From: a virus
Taxonomy: Duplodnaviria > Heunggongvirae > Uroviricota > Caudoviricetes
IMG/VR virus record: IMGVR_UViG_2529292726_000019
DNA: 46,731 nt
Strand: one strand, 5' to 3'
Made by a program: the position numbers and the translations under genes. This document shows positions 19,439 to 27,417 of this stretch, one piece after another. The notes under the pieces were generated by a model. It saw only the letters and a program-made list of their open reading frames with translations, was not told the origin of the DNA and searched no databases. Positions within the stretch are counted from its first letter, which is position 1. Each line of letters starts with the position of its first letter.

Positions 19439-19692
19439 GTGTTTTTCCTTTGTGGTTATTTTGATACAAATTTTAAGAGCAATGAGAAGGTAAACAACTA
19501 TGCATAACGGTATGTTAGGAATGAAACGAGCGTCTTAATATACAAAATTTATAAGTAAGTATATACCTATTTGTTGTGACGCAACTTTGCTTGTCTGTAT
19601 AACTAAAAATAAGACAGGATCACTGTAGAACGCTATGAGAGCTATTTTGAGGAGGCGTAGATTCTATCTACGCCAATATACGATCTGGAGGG

Positions 19693-20337
19693 TTACAGCG
19701 CGTCAGTGGGCTTTTTACGCGCTGCGTTTATGCTTATGACGCCAGCTTTTGGACGTGGGTCAACAAGGTTAAGCTCTTCTTCGCTGTGGTATTCGAGGTC
19801 GAACTCACGTTTTACATGTCTGATGTAGATTGCGGTGAGCAGGCTATTTTTGGTCAGAAAGTGTCCGTAGGATTTGCGGATCACTTCTTCTACCTTCTCG
19901 ATTTTCTCACCACCCATACAGAGATGATTAAACCGGCTGTGTTTCCGCAACATTTCGTCTACTGGGCCTGAGTAAACCTTGTCTACTTTCCCAAAACGGA
20001 TGATTTTCCCTGTGTCTGCGGATACGAGGCAAATCAGCTTGTCTGGTGATAAACGATCTCGCCACGTCACACCTGAACGGAGTGTGTTGAAGTAGGGAGC
20101 ATCCAATCCGATGATCGGTTTACGAAATGCGAGTAATGGAACGTACCTGATGCAACTGTTTAAATGAAAATTCACACCAGCCTTATCAAGTTTAATTCTG
20201 GTTTCGTAGATCGGGCACTTCGCCGCTATACCGCAGATGTCACAAAGCAACTTCTGCTTATTCAGGTTGGAATTTGATTCGATAGTGTAGGAGCCGTCTT
20301 CAAGACGACGAACCCAGCGCGTGCGTTTTAGATCCAT
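19693..20337 (-). CDS. hypothetical protein (214 aa)
   Basis: ORF with a CDICG...C cysteine cluster; no family recognised. Confidence 0.5.
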   Translation of the reverse strand: MDLKRTRWVRRLEDGSYTIESNSNLNKQKLLCDICGIAAKCPIYETRIKLDKAGVNFHLNSCIRYVPLLAFRKPIIGLDAPYFNTLRSGVTWRDRLSPDKLICLVSADTGKIIRFGKVDKVYSGPVDEMLRKHSRFNHLCMGGEKIEKVEEVIRKSYGHFLTKNSLLTAIYIRHVKREFDLEYHSEEELNLVDPRPKAGVISINAARKKPTDAL

Positions 20338-20419
20338 ATGTCATTTTTCTGTGATTGTTAGCCGAGGCAACGATAACCCACCAGGTGCGCCGAAGGTAGT
20401 AAATGCCTGTTTTAATTAT

Positions 20420-20500
20420 TCACATATCCACAGGATAGATCCTAATAAAGAGATCCATAGATAGATCCTTATATAGATCAAATAAGATCCCCGATCGCTG
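20420..20500. promoter_or_regulatory. origin-like region: DnaA-box-like TATCCACA plus six GATC sites in about 59 bp (AGATCC heptamer repeats)
   Basis: GATC at about 20438, 20452, 20464, 20476, 20486 and 20493; DnaA-box-like atatccaca at 20424-20432. Confidence 0.5.
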
Positions 20501-20536
20501 TAAGCCGCGCCACGACTGGTCTGAAGTCATGTTCAT

Positions 20537-20648
20537 GTATGCTGTCAGCGGTAATTGATAGTCTGTCAGCGGTTCACCGTATGCTGCCAACTGTTTTTGG
20601 TATTCTGTCAGCGGCAAATCAAGTATGCTGTCAGCGGTTGAATGACAA
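20537..20648. repeat. five iterons (consensus GTATGCTGTCAGCGGT) upstream of repA at roughly 21-22 bp spacing
   Basis: Direct repeats at about 20537, 20559, 20579 (degenerate), 20600 and 20633. Confidence 0.8.
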
Positions 20649-20658
20649 AGGTGTCCAC

Positions 20659-21753
20659 ATGTCCACAAAAAATAAAAAAGGTAAAAATAACAAAGAAGTA
20701 GAAGATAACATCGACAACTTTGAAGAAGGTTCCCTTGAATTGTACACAGGGGAACTTGTCCCTAATAGCAACAATACAGTCCAACCAATTGCGTTGATGC
20801 GACTGGGGTTGTTCGTCCCCACGCTTAAGGGAACAAAATACAGTAAACGTAACAAGCCAAATGAGATCGATGCTTCAAAGGAGCTTGTCCAGCTCGAAGT
20901 AGCCCGTTCTGAAGGCTATTCCGATATCAAGATAACCGGTCCTCGTCTCGACATGGATCATGATTTCAAAACGTGGGTGGGCGTTGTGCGTTCGCTGGCA
21001 GAATACGGCGAACCTAACGGTCGTGTCGAGTTAAGCATCACGAAATTTGCTAAGTTTTGTGGCTATCCATCGTCACAGATCCGCAAAACACTCCGCGACC
21101 GGCTTACAAACAGTCTTTTGAAGATCATGCGTACAACTCTGTCTTTCCAGAGAACGTATGAAGAAAAGAACGTCGACGGCTCTAACAAGATCTCGCTTCT
21201 GATGGTGCACCTCATCAATAGCGTGGACTACAACGAGCAGAAAGATACGGTGGTGTTCTATGCAGAACCGAAGCTGGCCGAACTATATCGCTTTGACCAT
21301 AAGGTTCTTTTGCAGTTAAAGGTTATCAATAAGCTACCACGCAAAGAAACAGCACAGGCTCTGTACACCTTCATCGAAAGTCTTCCAACCAAGCCTGCGC
21401 CGGTATCGCTTGCTCGATTGCGTGCGCGACTCAATTTGAGTAGCAGAAATGTCAGCTCGCAGAATCAGACTATACGTAACGGCTTAAAAGCTCTCCAAGA
21501 TTTGGGCTATCTCGAATACAGCGAGATTAAGCGTGGGCGGTCGATCTATATCCAGATTCACAGCCGCAATCCAAAACTCAAAGTCGCACCGCCAAAACCT
21601 GAAGACATCGAACCCAAAAAACCAGATGAGAAAGCTGGGGAAATTGATGCCAAACAGAACATTATCAACAAGATAACCGAACTTTCGCAGAATTTGACGC
21701 CTGAAAATATCAAGATGATTGAGATCCTTTCCAATAGTCTCAAACTGCTTTGA
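20659..21753 (+). CDS. repA: iteron-binding replication initiator (RepA-like)
   Basis: Only long plus-strand gene in this block, bracketed by 17 copies of its presumptive binding site. Start placed at ATG 20659 (MSTKNKKGK) downstream of the iterons. Confidence 0.75.
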   Translation: MSTKNKKGKNNKEVEDNIDNFEEGSLELYTGELVPNSNNTVQPIALMRLGLFVPTLKGTKYSKRNKPNEIDASKELVQLEVARSEGYSDIKITGPRLDMDHDFKTWVGVVRSLAEYGEPNGRVELSITKFAKFCGYPSSQIRKTLRDRLTNSLLKIMRTTLSFQRTYEEKNVDGSNKISLLMVHLINSVDYNEQKDTVVFYAEPKLAELYRFDHKVLLQLKVINKLPRKETAQALYTFIESLPTKPAPVSLARLRARLNLSSRNVSSQNQTIRNGLKALQDLGYLEYSEIKRGRSIYIQIHSRNPKLKVAPPKPEDIEPKKPDEKAGEIDAKQNIINKITELSQNLTPENIKMIEILSNSLKLL

Positions 21754-21870
21754 TATGCTGTCAGCGGTGAAATGTATGCTATCAGCGGCTATTTTTCTGA
21801 AAAGTATGCTGTGAACGGTTAAAGATATGCTACCAGCGGTATAGTGAGATGAACGTATGCTGTGAGCGGT
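21754..21870. repeat. five iterons immediately downstream of repA
   Basis: Copies at about 21754, 21774, 21804, 21825 and 21855 with single-base variants. Confidence 0.8.
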
Positions 21871-22030
21871 AAATCATCTATCACCACTCAATGCTCTGTC
21901 ATACCTCCCCAGTGGTTACTAACCTCGAAGAGTGCATTCCATATAGGTTTGCGCTCACTAACATTCTATTGCTATTGCGCTGATTGCTTGTAGTGAAAGG
22001 CATTTATTGCCTGCTACTCCCTGATAGAAC

Positions 22031-22285
22031 GTATGCTGTCAGCGGTGTTTTATTGAGGAATTTTTGTTTGGATATGCTATCAGCGGTAATTAATGGTATA
22101 TGTCAGACATTCGTATGCTGCCAGCGGTAATTTTGTTCTGGTTATACCCATACCGGGACACATTATTCATGCAATTTCTTAAGTATGCTGTCAGCGGTAA
22201 AAAATCGAGTAAAGTATGCTGTGAGCGGTGAGATAGACTCTCGATATGCTATCAGCGGTAGTTGATTGTGTATGCTGTCAGCGGT
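22031..22285. repeat. seven further iterons (incA-like copy-control array)
   Basis: Copies at about 22031, 22072, 22114, 22183, 22214, 22244 and 22270. Confidence 0.8.
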
Positions 22286-22300
22286 GACGACTATGAAATA

Positions 22301-22325
22301 TGACTGCGGAACGTGCCGCAGTCAG
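22301..22325 (-). terminator. hairpin gactgcgg-aacgt-gccgcagtc
   Basis: Perfect 8-bp stem followed by a T-rich run on the plus strand, i.e. after the repA/iteron unit; it precedes rather than follows the adjacent minus-strand gene. Confidence 0.45.
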
Positions 22326-22332
22326 TTTGCAT

Positions 22333-22545
22333 TTAGTGTATTTTCTTTAACAGACCCCAAAGTGTTCCGGCTTTTGTAGTCAGTTTTCCTGTTTCTGGAT
22401 CGTACATACGCCATTCACGCCGCTGGTGGACGATATACCCATCTTCACGTTCCAGACGCTCAAGAATGCCAGGCTGCTTGAAACCCTTAGCACGCCAGTA
22501 GCCGCTTGTTTTCTCGATTTCCAGACCTGCCAGTGTTAATGCCAT
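22333..22545 (-). CDS. hypothetical protein (70 aa)
   Basis: ORF; stop/start coupled with the upstream gene. Confidence 0.4.
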   Translation of the reverse strand: MALTLAGLEIEKTSGYWRAKGFKQPGILERLEREDGYIVHQRREWRMYDPETGKLTTKAGTLWGLLKKIH

Positions 22546-22880
22546 TACCCAACCTCCTTGCAGTCATCGAAAAGGTAGCTTTGCTGAGAAGCGTGAACGC
22601 CATAGAAGCCCTTGTATTTGTTGTATACGAAGTGGTCTTCTCCGACGCCGGTTAATTTGCCATTACGATTTGTGAGATATGGGGATGACAACACTCGATC
22701 GTCACGCACAACATAGAACTGGTCGCCGCTGTCTACGACCATCGCTCCATATGGTGCTTTTATGACGTCGGTAAGAGCGCCATTCTTAACGTCGGCTACA
22801 GACATTTCACACTGATAAACAGTGGTGTCGGCCACAACGATCGAAGAAAGAAACAACAGCGCGAATGGGATGGTCTTCAT
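22545..22880 (-). CDS. secreted protein (111 aa) with N-terminal signal peptide
   Basis: MKTIPFALLFLSSIVVA signal-like N-terminus. Confidence 0.5.
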   Translation of the reverse strand: MKTIPFALLFLSSIVVADTTVYQCEMSVADVKNGALTDVIKAPYGAMVVDSGDQFYVVRDDRVLSSPYLTNRNGKLTGVGEDHFVYNKYKGFYGVHASQQSYLFDDCKEVG

Positions 22881-23056
22881 GCTGCCACCTCTTTGATTAC
22901 ATCAAATGCTGAATTAAATACGAGCACGATAGCCAAAGCGTTTATGACTACGTCGTGCACCGGGGAAAAGACTTTACGAATGACACCAGTGAAAATGCAG
23001 TCGATGACAAAAGCTATTGAAACGATGAGTAACAAGTATTCAATAAAAATCTTCAT
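22877..23056 (-). CDS. small membrane protein (59 aa, below the ORF-track cutoff)
   Basis: Hand-translated MKIFIEYLLLIVSIAFVIDCIF...; ATGA-coupled to the next gene. Confidence 0.3.
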   Translation of the reverse strand: MKIFIEYLLLIVSIAFVIDCIFTGVIRKVFSPVHDVVINALAIVLVFNSAFDVIKEVAA

Positions 23057-23095
23057 GATAGGTAGATACTAACTTATATAAACTTTACTGTAAAC

Positions 23096-23371
23096 TCACT
23101 CAAAAGTGCTGATGCTTAAAATACGCTCAAGATGTTCAGCATCTTCATTACTGATTTGTTGAGTCTCTTCTACGTACCAACAGTTGCCGTTATGCCAACA
23201 AACACCATCATCATCAACCATCACTGAATCAGCGTCATGACCTGTATATTCAACAAGAGTACGCTGGATCAGCGCGTCAGTTTCTTCATCGTTAAGGCCA
23301 TCGACTTTGACCATAAAAAGCGGAAACACGTCATAGACAGTGCTGGTAACGATTCGAACTAAAACTCTCAT
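23096..23371 (-). CDS. hypothetical acidic protein (91 aa)
   Basis: ORF with conserved start region. Confidence 0.45.
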   Translation of the reverse strand: MRVLVRIVTSTVYDVFPLFMVKVDGLNDEETDALIQRTLVEYTGHDADSVMVDDDGVCWHNGNCWYVEETQQISNEDAEHLERILSISTFE

Positions 23372-23426
23372 GTGTTTTTCCTTTTGTGGTTAGTGTTTAC
23401 TTATTTTGTTAGTTATGAATAGGCGA

Positions 23427-23852
23427 TCAATCTTCTTGGTTAGGGAAAAACTGTTCAATAACTCTGTCAACGGCTGTGTCTATATGGAGTAGATGCCACA
23501 CAACCATATCTTTGCTTCCCATGCCTTGTGTGAATATCACGTCATACTTACGCCATGCGCAGTGGAACCAATATGCTGAGTCATCAATTGGTAAATCCTC
23601 TCCCGCCTCTTTGAAGTATTTCAGCAGCATTGCCTGCTCTGCCGTTGGCGTTGGACCTATTTCCTGAGCGTACATACGGATGAATCGCTGCCAGTCTGTC
23701 TCGTCGGGGGTTGGATCTGGTGGGGGCATTTCTGCGATAGCGTTTCGTAGCTGATGCGCCCAATCAGGTTCAGGAAAGCCTTTTGCTACTTCATCATCAA
23801 TAACATCCAGAGCCACGTTTGCGGCATCGTAGAGTTTCTTAATAACTGTCAT
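23427..23852 (-). CDS. hypothetical protein (141 aa)
   Basis: ORF with the AAACAAATTGTTTT motif upstream. Confidence 0.5.
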   Translation of the reverse strand: MTVIKKLYDAANVALDVIDDEVAKGFPEPDWAHQLRNAIAEMPPPDPTPDETDWQRFIRMYAQEIGPTPTAEQAMLLKYFKEAGEDLPIDDSAYWFHCAWRKYDVIFTQGMGSKDMVVWHLLHIDTAVDRVIEQFFPNQED

Positions 23853-23906
23853 GTTTTCTTATCCTTTTAAACAAATTGTTTTCTTAATAAGATAATTGCG
23901 ATAAAA

Positions 23907-23928
23907 AAGGCGTCCAACTGGACGCCTG
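23907..23928 (-). terminator. rho-independent terminator aaggcgtcc-aact-ggacgcctt
   Basis: Hairpin followed by a T-run on the minus strand after the SPFH gene. Confidence 0.5.
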
Positions 23929-23943
23929 AACTTTTTAGGGGAG

Positions 23944-24774
23944 TTATTTCACTGTAATGAAAGGAGTGTTAGCCCCTTGAGTCATGTACTGCGGTAACTG
24001 GCCATTCCATTTATTGATGGCTTCCAGTTCCATAACGTTCGGGTTTTGACGCAGAGCTTCACCGCGCAGACGAATGGCGTCTGCTTCTGCTTGCGCACGA
24101 GCACGGATAGCATCAGCTTCACCATTAGCCTGTTCACGTAGCATATTCGCCTCAGCTTTACGTTGTTCAACTTCCTGCTGACGTTGCAGAGTACGCTGGT
24201 TAGCCGTTACTTTGGCGTTGATAGATTCAATGACGGTTTTTGGGTAATCAGGCTTTCCAACCCATGACAGGCTCAGTACCTCAATACCAACCGGAGACAT
24301 CTCTTTCTGAATGTCTTTCAGTGCGTTGTCCAGCAATTGCGCCTTACCACCGTCGATAAATGAGTCAGTGGTCATACGGCTGGCCAAACGGTTTAGAGAG
24401 TCGGCAATTTTCTGACGCAGATCTGATTCGGTGATATCGTCTACGCCTTTGCGATAGGTCTGGAACACCGTCGTTACCTTGTCACGATTAACCAGATACG
24501 CAACGCCAATTTTGTGACCAATAGCAGTACCGTCACTCATCTGGAATGTGAACGGTTCGTCGTAGGTCTTCATTTGTTTGAAGGTCGGGAATACGTAAAG
24601 TTCGGTGTTAAGACCTGTCCATTGGCGACCAACGCCAACCACTTCACCGATCCCTTTGTCTTCACCTAATTTGTTTACTTTGATGCCAACGTATCCAGGC
24701 TCCACGCGATCACAGCCAGTAAGACCCATTGTGCAAATAGCCGCCAGAGCAACTGCAAGTAAACCTTTCTTCAT
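23944..24774 (-). CDS. SPFH/band-7 (stomatin/prohibitin-like) lipoprotein
   Basis: Lipobox LTGC after a signal peptide, band-7-like core, Ala/Glu/Arg-rich coiled-coil tail (EADAIRARAQAEADAIRLRGE). Confidence 0.6.
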   Translation of the reverse strand: MKKGLLAVALAAICTMGLTGCDRVEPGYVGIKVNKLGEDKGIGEVVGVGRQWTGLNTELYVFPTFKQMKTYDEPFTFQMSDGTAIGHKIGVAYLVNRDKVTTVFQTYRKGVDDITESDLRQKIADSLNRLASRMTTDSFIDGGKAQLLDNALKDIQKEMSPVGIEVLSLSWVGKPDYPKTVIESINAKVTANQRTLQRQQEVEQRKAEANMLREQANGEADAIRARAQAEADAIRLRGEALRQNPNVMELEAINKWNGQLPQYMTQGANTPFITVK

Positions 24775-24777
24775 TAC

Positions 24778-24978
24778 TTATTTCCCCTTTGCTTTGATTA
24801 ATGAGTTGATAAACTTACGACCAGCAATAAGACCGATTACAGGAGCACCAAAACCAACGATAACTCCAAACATGACGGCTAAATCACTCTTGGTAGAAAT
24901 CAGCGACGGAACCAGTAAACCGTAGATGAGAGTCACTGAAAGGCCTGTGGCTACTGCCAATAGATAGATTTTGATCAT
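24778..24978 (-). CDS. small two-helix membrane protein (66 aa), co-transcribed upstream of the SPFH gene
   Basis: Hydrophobic throughout; conserved start region and a palindrome upstream. Confidence 0.5.
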   Translation of the reverse strand: MIKIYLLAVATGLSVTLIYGLLVPSLISTKSDLAVMFGVIVGFGAPVIGLIAGRKFINSLIKAKGK

Positions 24979-25045
24979 GTGTTTTCCTATGTGGTTGTTA
25001 TGCGAAAATAATAAGTAAGCACTTATATATTTTCAAGAGATAAAA

Positions 25046-25066
25046 AAGGCGTCCTGTGGACGCCTT
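25046..25066 (-). terminator. rho-independent terminator aaggcgtcc-tgtg-gacgcctt
   Basis: Hairpin plus T-run on the minus strand after the recA-like gene. Confidence 0.5.
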
Positions 25067-25070
25067 GTGT

Positions 25071-26144
25071 TTACTCTTCTACTGACTCGGTTGGGTTGTC
25101 TTTTGCTCTTCGGTCGTCGATTGCCTGCAAAGCCGCAATGATTTCAGCCAGTGGCTTCTCCCGATACATCTCGACGATCTGCGATTTGGTGTATTTCTTG
25201 TCACCAATTTCAACTCGCCCGCTGGCGTTCTTTGGCAGGTATCCTTCTTCCAGCATGTACTCGACGAGCGATTCGATAACGTCGAGGCCACGAGTAGGAT
25301 CGAAGTAGAATTTCCAGGTGCATTTGCCATACGGTGGTGCAACTTTGTTTTTGATGCATTCTGCGCCTACGTCCTGGCCGATCTTCTCTTTACCATCCTT
25401 CATCACCGATGCACCAAGACGGATACGTACAGAAGCGTAGAACTTCGGTGAATCTCCACCTGGCGACGTAGTAGGGTCGCCAAACATTACACCGATTTTT
25501 GTGCGAACCTGATTCAAGAAGATGATGCAGGCGTTGTATTTGCGTGCCCACAAAGCCAGAGTAGGGAAGTTCGCACTTGTCGCACGAGCCAGTGCCGTAT
25601 TGTCGTTCATGTTCAGCTGATCTTTGTCTTTGGCAGTGCCTTCAGCCATCTTTTCGAACTTCTCGGCTTTGGAGTTCGGAACCATAGACGCAAGTGAGTC
25701 AGCCACGATACAGATAGGTGCTGATTCAGGAATAAGCTCTTCATCACGTACCAATTTAAGAATTGTGCCGATCAACTCTACAGAGTCTTCGAAGGTATCA
25801 GGCTGCTTGTATACCCACTGACCGTCATCCTCATCTGCGTTCAGGCCATTGGCTACAGCCAGGCCAACGTCAAAACTGTTTTCATGATCGAGGAATACCG
25901 CCAGACCATCTTGTTTTTGAGCGGAGATCATCGCTGCTGTTGCAAGGAACGTTTTCCCTGCACTTGGAGGACCGAATACTTCGACGATACGACCACATGG
26001 GAAGCCGCCATCGTAACGACCAGAAATAGCTTTGTTTAACGGTGGAAAGCCTGTATCAATCCAATGAGTTACTTTCTGAATTTCGTCGTTGCTACCGATT
26101 TTCTTTTTCAGAGCAAGTGCCAGTGCGGATTTTCCTTTTGCCAT
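25071..26144 (-). CDS. recA: RecA-like recombinase
   Basis: GGFPCGRIVEVFGPPSAGKTFLA Walker A region and RecA-like core. Confidence 0.85.
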   Translation of the reverse strand: MAKGKSALALALKKKIGSNDEIQKVTHWIDTGFPPLNKAISGRYDGGFPCGRIVEVFGPPSAGKTFLATAAMISAQKQDGLAVFLDHENSFDVGLAVANGLNADEDDGQWVYKQPDTFEDSVELIGTILKLVRDEELIPESAPICIVADSLASMVPNSKAEKFEKMAEGTAKDKDQLNMNDNTALARATSANFPTLALWARKYNACIIFLNQVRTKIGVMFGDPTTSPGGDSPKFYASVRIRLGASVMKDGKEKIGQDVGAECIKNKVAPPYGKCTWKFYFDPTRGLDVIESLVEYMLEEGYLPKNASGRVEIGDKKYTKSQIVEMYREKPLAEIIAALQAIDDRRAKDNPTESVEE

Positions 26145-26146
26145 GA

Positions 26147-26419
26147 TCAGGCTCCTTTTGTTTCGTTGATTCGTTTTAAAGCGGCGGATTCGTCGAATAC
26201 AATCGCATCGTGGTTAAGGAGTCTGGATACACGAGCGAGGATTTTTACGACCTGCTCGCTGACTAATCCAAACTCGCGATCTGTCGCTTTCATTCCGGCA
26301 GCGCCTAGAATTGACGGCAGTGCGATGACAGCGTACTCACCGTGATAAAAGACAATCTCTTTTGCCAGTTGGGCAGGGGTGGTTGTAGCGCCATTGATAA
26401 TCGATTTAAGCATTAGCAA
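26147..26419 (-). CDS. hypothetical protein (90 aa)
   Basis: ORF between the exonuclease and recA-like genes. Confidence 0.4.
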   Translation of the reverse strand: MLMLKSIINGATTTPAQLAKEIVFYHGEYAVIALPSILGAAGMKATDREFGLVSEQVVKILARVSRLLNHDAIVFDESAALKRINETKGA

Positions 26420-27357
26420 TACCTTTCGAATGGAAGAACAAACACTTCAAGGTCTTCAAGGAACGAACGGAAATTCAGCTCGTAGCACAGTTGCTCGAAT
26501 GCTTTCACGTCACGATTGCCTTTGATTGTTTCGATTTCGGTAGGCGGAAACTTCGTCTCAATCAGGTTCATTAGCGTGATGTTTCTCTTGAACGCTTCGA
26601 GCATTCGACAGCCTGTTTTCTCGTTGAAGGCATTCTTCGCTAGTTTGTTGAAGGCGGTCTTATGGCGTCCTTTGTCAACCACGATTGAGCCGTCGTTGAT
26701 GCCGCGTACCATCGTTGCGACACTTCCCCATTCATGCAGCAGCTCTTTCGCACCGCCAGCACCAATGCCACCAACACCGCTAATGTTGTCCGATTTATCG
26801 CCTTGTAATGCTTTTGCTTCCAAAAATGCGCGAGGAGTAGCGAATCCTGTCAGCTCCGCAAATTGCTCAAAATTAACCTGCTTGTTTTTGGCGTCTTCGC
26901 GCAGGCTTACCCAGCTTACGTTTTCGCGAACTAACTGAAGCCAGTCGCTATCGCCTGTTAACAGATAGATGTGTTCAACGATTGGCTGCGGTGCAATGCT
27001 GGCTACCAGCAGCCCGGCCAGATCATCCGCTTCTGCATCTTTTGCAATGAGTTGGGTAACTCCAAGCGCGGTCATCATTTTGAGGATGTATGGCTTCTGG
27101 ATAGCAAAGCCTTCCTTCATCTTTTTCATATCAGGATCGTCGTCGCGATTTGCTTTGTAGTCCGGGTAAAAGTCGCGACGCTTGTCACTAAATCCATCCC
27201 AAAGAATCATAGGTCGGGCATGGAGGATGGAGGCATAACGACGGACGTTCTTAACAAAGCCGAAAGCAGCCTGTACTTCCATTTCGCCGTTGTGCAATTT
27301 GTCAGATTGCTGGTGGTAATAACCCAGGCTATTGCCATCTACGAAGAGATAATTCAC
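26413..27357 (-). CDS. 5'-3' exonuclease / flap endonuclease
   Basis: NYLFVDGNSLG, KANRDD, TGDSDWLQLV, GDKSDNISGVGGIG motifs. Start moved to GTG at 27357 (RBS GGAAGGA) because the first 17 codons of the track ORF coincide with a terminator hairpin. Confidence 0.8.
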   Translation of the reverse strand: MNYLFVDGNSLGYYHQQSDKLHNGEMEVQAAFGFVKNVRRYASILHARPMILWDGFSDKRRDFYPDYKANRDDDPDMKKMKEGFAIQKPYILKMMTALGVTQLIAKDAEADDLAGLLVASIAPQPIVEHIYLLTGDSDWLQLVRENVSWVSLREDAKNKQVNFEQFAELTGFATPRAFLEAKALQGDKSDNISGVGGIGAGGAKELLHEWGSVATMVRGINDGSIVVDKGRHKTAFNKLAKNAFNEKTGCRMLEAFKRNITLMNLIETKFPPTEIETIKGNRDVKAFEQLCYELNFRSFLEDLEVFVLPFERYC

Positions 27358-27379
27358 CGGTACATTCCTTCCAAAAAGT

Positions 27380-27399
27380 AAGGCGTCCGTAGACGCCTT
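27380..27399 (-). terminator. rho-independent terminator aaggcgtcc-gta-gacgcctt
   Basis: Hairpin plus TTTTT on the minus strand after the SSB gene. Confidence 0.5.
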
Positions 27400-27417
27400 A
27401 CTGGTCACGTAATGGGA

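Noticed and set aside
20537-22285. Possible CRISPR array suggested by 17 repeated 15-16-mers
   Set aside because: Repeats are imperfect, unevenly spaced (about 20-40 bp), and split into three blocks flanking an initiator gene. This is the signature of plasmid iterons, not CRISPR repeats with unique spacers.
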